NCBI GenBank assembly: GCA_964291295.2
Contig: OZ219756.1
Coordinates: 1-32,130, forward strand
Length of the DNA stretch: 32,130 bases
Direction: 5' to 3'
Origin: an uncultured Candidatus Binatia bacterium
Lineage (GTDB): Bacteria; Desulfobacterota; Binatia; UBA9968; JAJDTQ01
Shown: positions 28,826 through 32,130 of the stretch, one piece after another
Numbering within the stretch: position 1 is the first letter of the stretch
Layout of the letters: each line of letters starts with the position of its first letter
Made by a program: the position numbers and the translations under genes
The notes under the pieces: model-generated
Database searches by the model: none
Seen by the model: only the letters and a program-made list of their open reading frames with translations
What the model was told of the DNA's origin: nothing

Positions 28826-29490
28826 GCGTACACCAGCGAGCTCAGGTCAAAAGCGGCAACCTGACGCTTGATCCCGTCAAAGGTGTCGGCGCCGGCAACG
28901 CGCGAGACTTTGACGGCACCGGGGCGGCGCTTGAAAATCACGTACTGGACGTGGCCATCGCCAAGAAATTGCAGCGCCACGTGCCTATCGTCGTCATTGT
29001 CGTCATCCCAGACGGTGCGTAGATTGCCGTTCTCCATAAGGACAACAGACCCCTTGCGCCAGCCGGGGTTGCCGGTGACGAAAGCGCGGAAATCCTCCGC
29101 AGAGGCCTCGCTCCACTCAATGCCTTCTTCCTCGGCGGCTTCGCGCAGTTCAGCGAGGCGTTCGTGGTAGCGCTCATAGGCGCCGGCCGCGTCTGGGGCG
29201 ATGCGCTCCGGCGCTACTCCAATCGAGCCGGGAGGGAACTCTTGAATGATATACCCCGCTTGTCCCAAAGCGGTGGACAGATTCGACAGATGATCAAGCT
29301 GGTCTTCCTGAGCCTGGTCCGGCTCATGGGTGCCCATAGCAAAGACCCTGACGTCATTCATGCGTACGATGCGGCGTCGGAGGTCTGCGGGCGCCATGAT
29401 AATGTGCCCCACATTGAACTCGGCGGCCCAATCTTCAGGGATATCCTCAGCCATGTTGAGATTCCCTTGGGTTTCCGCTTCAGTAGTCAT
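28822..29490 (-). CDS. Acidic hypothetical protein coupled to the downstream gene
   Basis: 222 aa; GGAGG SD; TGtTAGAAT promoter-like motif upstream; ATGA overlap at 28822-28825. Confidence 0.8.
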   Translation of the reverse strand: MTTEAETQGNLNMAEDIPEDWAAEFNVGHIIMAPADLRRRIVRMNDVRVFAMGTHEPDQAQEDQLDHLSNLSTALGQAGYIIQEFPPGSIGVAPERIAPDAAGAYERYHERLAELREAAEEEGIEWSEASAEDFRAFVTGNPGWRKGSVVLMENGNLRTVWDDDNDDDRHVALQFLGDGHVQYVIFKRRPGAVKVSRVAGADTFDGIKRQVAAFDLSSLVYA

Positions 29491-29675
29491 CGCGCGGCCT
29501 CCCGTCTGCGGCGCCAGCGCGCCGTATGATAGGCTCCGATTCTAACAAGTTGCGGTTCGCCCGGCAAACGATGCTTGCTGTGTCAATCGACATCAGCGCC
29601 ATCCTCCCCGTTTGCTATACTGCCGCCATCAAGCAAACCGGGCGGAACGGTCCGGAACCATAAGGACGTGCCTCA

Positions 29676-31091
29676 ATGCCCACCAACCCCAACCCCAGCG
29701 CTCTGCCCGCCACCCTCGGCCAGCTCCGCAGCAGCGGCTATCAATCCGTTTCCGTGCGCGAGGAAATCCGCCGCAATCTCATCGCCAAAATCCGCGCCGA
29801 AGAACCCGTTTTCCCCGGCATCGTCGGCTTCGAGCAAACCGTCATCCCCCAGCTGGAAAACGCCATCCTCGCCGGCCAGGACATCATCCTCCTGGGCGAG
29901 CGCGGCCAGGCCAAAACCCGCCTGATACGCGCCATGGTCAGCTTGCTGGACGAGTACATCCCCGTCATCGCCGGCGGCGAACTCAACGACGACCCCTATA
30001 ATCCCATCAGCCCCGACGCCCGGCGCATCGTTGACGAAATGGCCGACGACGCCCCCATCGCCTGGCTGGCCCGCGACCAGCGCTATTCCGAAAAGCTTGC
30101 CACGCCCGACATCTCCATTGCCGACCTGATTGGCGAAATCGACCCCATCAAAGTTGCCGAGGGCCGCCACCTTTCCGACGAAACCGCCATCCACTACGGC
30201 CTGGTGCCTCGCACCAACCGGGGCATCTTCTGCATCAACGAACTGCCCGACCTGGCCGAGCGCATCCAGGTGGGCCTGTTCAACCTGATGGAAGAGCGCG
30301 ACGTTCAAATAAAAGGCTACCGCGTTCGCCTGCCCCTGGACGTCTTCGTGGTAGCCACCGCCAACCCGGAAGATTACACCAACCGAGGCCGCATCGTAAC
30401 GCCGCTGAAAGACCGCTACGGCGCCCAGATTCATACCCACTATCCCCGCGTTATTGAAGAAGAAATCGAGATAATGGAGCAGGAACGCAACCGCTTCCCC
30501 GACGAGGACAAGGTGTTCGTGCCGTCCTATATGACCGAGATTGTCGCCGAAGTAACGGCCCGGGCGCGCCTGAGCAACGAAATCAACCAGCGTTCCGGCG
30601 TCAGCGTGCGCGTGTCCATCGCCAACTACGAAACCCTCATCAGCAACGCCCTGCGCCGCAGCATCCGCCAGGGCGAAACCGTTGCCTGCCCCCGCGTCAG
30701 CGACCTGCCCTATCTCATCGCCTCCCTCGGCGGCAAGATTGAGCTGGAAACCTTCGGCGAGGGCCGCGAAGACCGCCTGGTTGATGACCTCACCAAACGC
30801 GCCACCCTCGCCATCTTCACCCGCTACTGCAACGTGGACGACCTGGACGACATCGTAACCTCCTTTGACCTGGGCAACGCAGTGGAAACCGGCAGCGATG
30901 TGCCCGCCGCCGCTTACTCCTCCGCCCTGGCCAACATCGAGGGATTGTCGTCCGTCGTGTCTCAGCTCACCGGAGACGACGGACGGCCCGAAGTGCAAGC
31001 GTCGGCAGTCGAGTTCGTGCTGGAAGGGCTCCACCTGAACCGCCGCCTCAACTGCGCCCGCACCCCGGCCGGCTACCGCTACGCCCGCTAG
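29676..31091 (+). CDS. AAA+ ATPase, Mg-chelatase/MoxR-like
   Basis: LLGERGQAKTR, DLIGEIDP, INELPDL, ATANPEDYTNRGRI; TGcTATACT upstream. Confidence 0.9.
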   Translation: MPTNPNPSALPATLGQLRSSGYQSVSVREEIRRNLIAKIRAEEPVFPGIVGFEQTVIPQLENAILAGQDIILLGERGQAKTRLIRAMVSLLDEYIPVIAGGELNDDPYNPISPDARRIVDEMADDAPIAWLARDQRYSEKLATPDISIADLIGEIDPIKVAEGRHLSDETAIHYGLVPRTNRGIFCINELPDLAERIQVGLFNLMEERDVQIKGYRVRLPLDVFVVATANPEDYTNRGRIVTPLKDRYGAQIHTHYPRVIEEEIEIMEQERNRFPDEDKVFVPSYMTEIVAEVTARARLSNEINQRSGVSVRVSIANYETLISNALRRSIRQGETVACPRVSDLPYLIASLGGKIELETFGEGREDRLVDDLTKRATLAIFTRYCNVDDLDDIVTSFDLGNAVETGSDVPAAAYSSALANIEGLSSVVSQLTGDDGRPEVQASAVEFVLEGLHLNRRLNCARTPAGYRYAR

Positions 31092-31135
31092 TCGCCGCCG
31101 TACAGACCACAGGCAAAACGACACGGAGGTTTGCC

Positions 31136-31711
31136 ATGGCTACGCAACAAACCGTCGCCGCCCCGCCGGTTACGCTGAAAAAGTACGCCGCCCTGCCCAA
31201 ACACCCCCGCTACGAGCTGGTCAAAGGATCCCTGGTCGAACAGATGGCAGCTTCGGAAAAACACGAACATACCGGATCGCTGGTCAACTGGCTTATGTCA
31301 GCGCACGTCTTTCCTAATAACTTGGGGCGGGTGTACGGCAGCAACCGGGGCTATGTTACCGGCCCGGCTTCTCCCGCCACCTCCCGGATGCCCGATGTCT
31401 CCTTCGTGTCCAATGCCCGCTTAGGCCGCCCCGAACTCTTCGGTATGCTTTATAATGGCGCCCCCGACCTCGCCGTAGAAATACTCTCCGACAGCAATAC
31501 CCCCGCCGAAATCGCTCAGAAAGTCAACGAATACCTCATCACTGGCGGCAAAGCCGTCTGGGTCATTGACATCGACGCCCGCACCCTCACCCTGCACACC
31601 CCTGACGCGCCGCCGCATACCCTGACCGAGGATGACACCCTGGACAGCGCCGACTACCTGCCCTGGTTCGCCTGCCGCATAGCCGAGCTGCTGCCCACAC
31701 GGGCGGATTAA
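31136..31711 (+). CDS. Uma2/DUF820 (PD-(D/E)xK) endonuclease, copy 1
   Basis: RYELVKG, RMPDVSFV, APDLAVEILS, VWVID, LPWFAC; GGAGG SD. Confidence 0.93.
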   Translation: MATQQTVAAPPVTLKKYAALPKHPRYELVKGSLVEQMAASEKHEHTGSLVNWLMSAHVFPNNLGRVYGSNRGYVTGPASPATSRMPDVSFVSNARLGRPELFGMLYNGAPDLAVEILSDSNTPAEIAQKVNEYLITGGKAVWVIDIDARTLTLHTPDAPPHTLTEDDTLDSADYLPWFACRIAELLPTRAD

Positions 31712-31817
31712 ATCGCCTGAACCGCCGCCTCAACTGCGCCCGGACCCCGGCCGGCTACCGCTACGCCCGCTAGCCGCCGCCGTACAGACCACAGGCAAAA
31801 CGACACGGAGGTTTGCC

Positions 31818-32130
31818 ATGGCTACGCAACAAACCGTCGCCGCCCCGCCGGTTACGCTGGAAAAGTACGCCGCCCTGCCCAAACACCCCCGCTACGAGCT
31901 GGTCAAAGGAGCCCTGGTCGAACAGATGGCAGCTTCAGAAGAACACGAGAGAACCGTAATCCGAACCGGCCGCCACCTGGACATTCACGTTGACAACCAT
32001 AACTTGGGGCGGGTGTACGGCAGCAATCGAGGCTATGTTACCGGCCCGGCTTCTCCCGCCACCTCCCGGATGCCCGATGTCTCCTTCGTGTCCAATGCCC
32101 GCTTAGGCCGCCCCGAACTCTTCGGTGCCG
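31818..32130 (+). CDS. Uma2/DUF820 endonuclease, copy 2 (runs off the window end)
   Basis: MATQQTVAAPPVTLEKYAALPKHPRYELVKGALVEQMAASEEHERTVIRTGRHLDIHVDNHNLGRVYGSNRGYVTGPASPATSRMPDVSFV; frame is open to the window end. Confidence 0.92.
   Translation, partial: MATQQTVAAPPVTLEKYAALPKHPRYELVKGALVEQMAASEEHERTVIRTGRHLDIHVDNHNLGRVYGSNRGYVTGPASPATSRMPDVSFVSNARLGRPELFGA

Larger units (their letters stand above)
31034..32130 (+). repeat. Tandem direct repeat with 682-bp period (unit 1 31034-31715; unit 2 from 31716 to the window end)
   Basis: Both units begin CCTGAACCGCCGCCTCAACTGCGCCCG; ATGs at 31136 and 31818; by hand count 4 mismatches in the first 221 nt and 2 in the 128 nt after the variable block. 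Confidence 0.97.

Noticed and set aside
964-31124. Long antisense ORFs (e.g. 964-2169, 5135-6562, 6698-8470, 9191-10675, 24459-25997, 29673-31124)
   Set aside because: Shadow frames of GC-rich genes on the opposite strand with no recognisable motifs.
31106-31135. c-di-GMP riboswitch or raiA-motif-like CAGGCAAAAC before the Uma2 genes
   Set aside because: Spacer is only about 44 nt; second stem and other conserved elements are absent.
31034-32130. DGR template/variable repeat or CRISPR array
   Set aside because: Mismatches are not adenine-restricted, no reverse transcriptase is in the window, both copies are coding, and the 682-bp period is not CRISPR-like.

Overview
GC-rich bacterial chromosome segment; protein styles suggest Chloroflexota/Dehalococcoidia (inference only). 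A housekeeping backbone (mutS2, xerD, recO, biotin carboxylase and carrier protein, uvrA, nadE, alaS, ruvX, an MFS transporter, a USP, RidA, a methyltransferase, an amidohydrolase, a SIS protein, a CMD protein, an AAA+ ATPase) is interleaved with small accessory or defence-type modules: DinJ-YafQ toxin-antitoxin, an ABC-ATPase plus TOPRIM-like pair, a DNA methyltransferase-HNH fusion, an uncharacterised coupled gene pair and three Uma2/DUF820 nuclease genes. Two things stand out. (1) A 682-bp tandem repeat at the window end, each unit carrying the 3' tip of the upstream ATPase gene plus a Uma2 gene; the copies are about 98% identical except for one hypervariable 62-nt block. (2) A roughly 540-nt leader before the SIS gene holding a promoter, a stem-closed structured segment of about 245 nt, and a 15-aa uORF ending in the arrest-like motif RAPPP-stop with attenuator-like pairing. 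Three accessory genes carry single-base frameshifts; none were seen in core genes.
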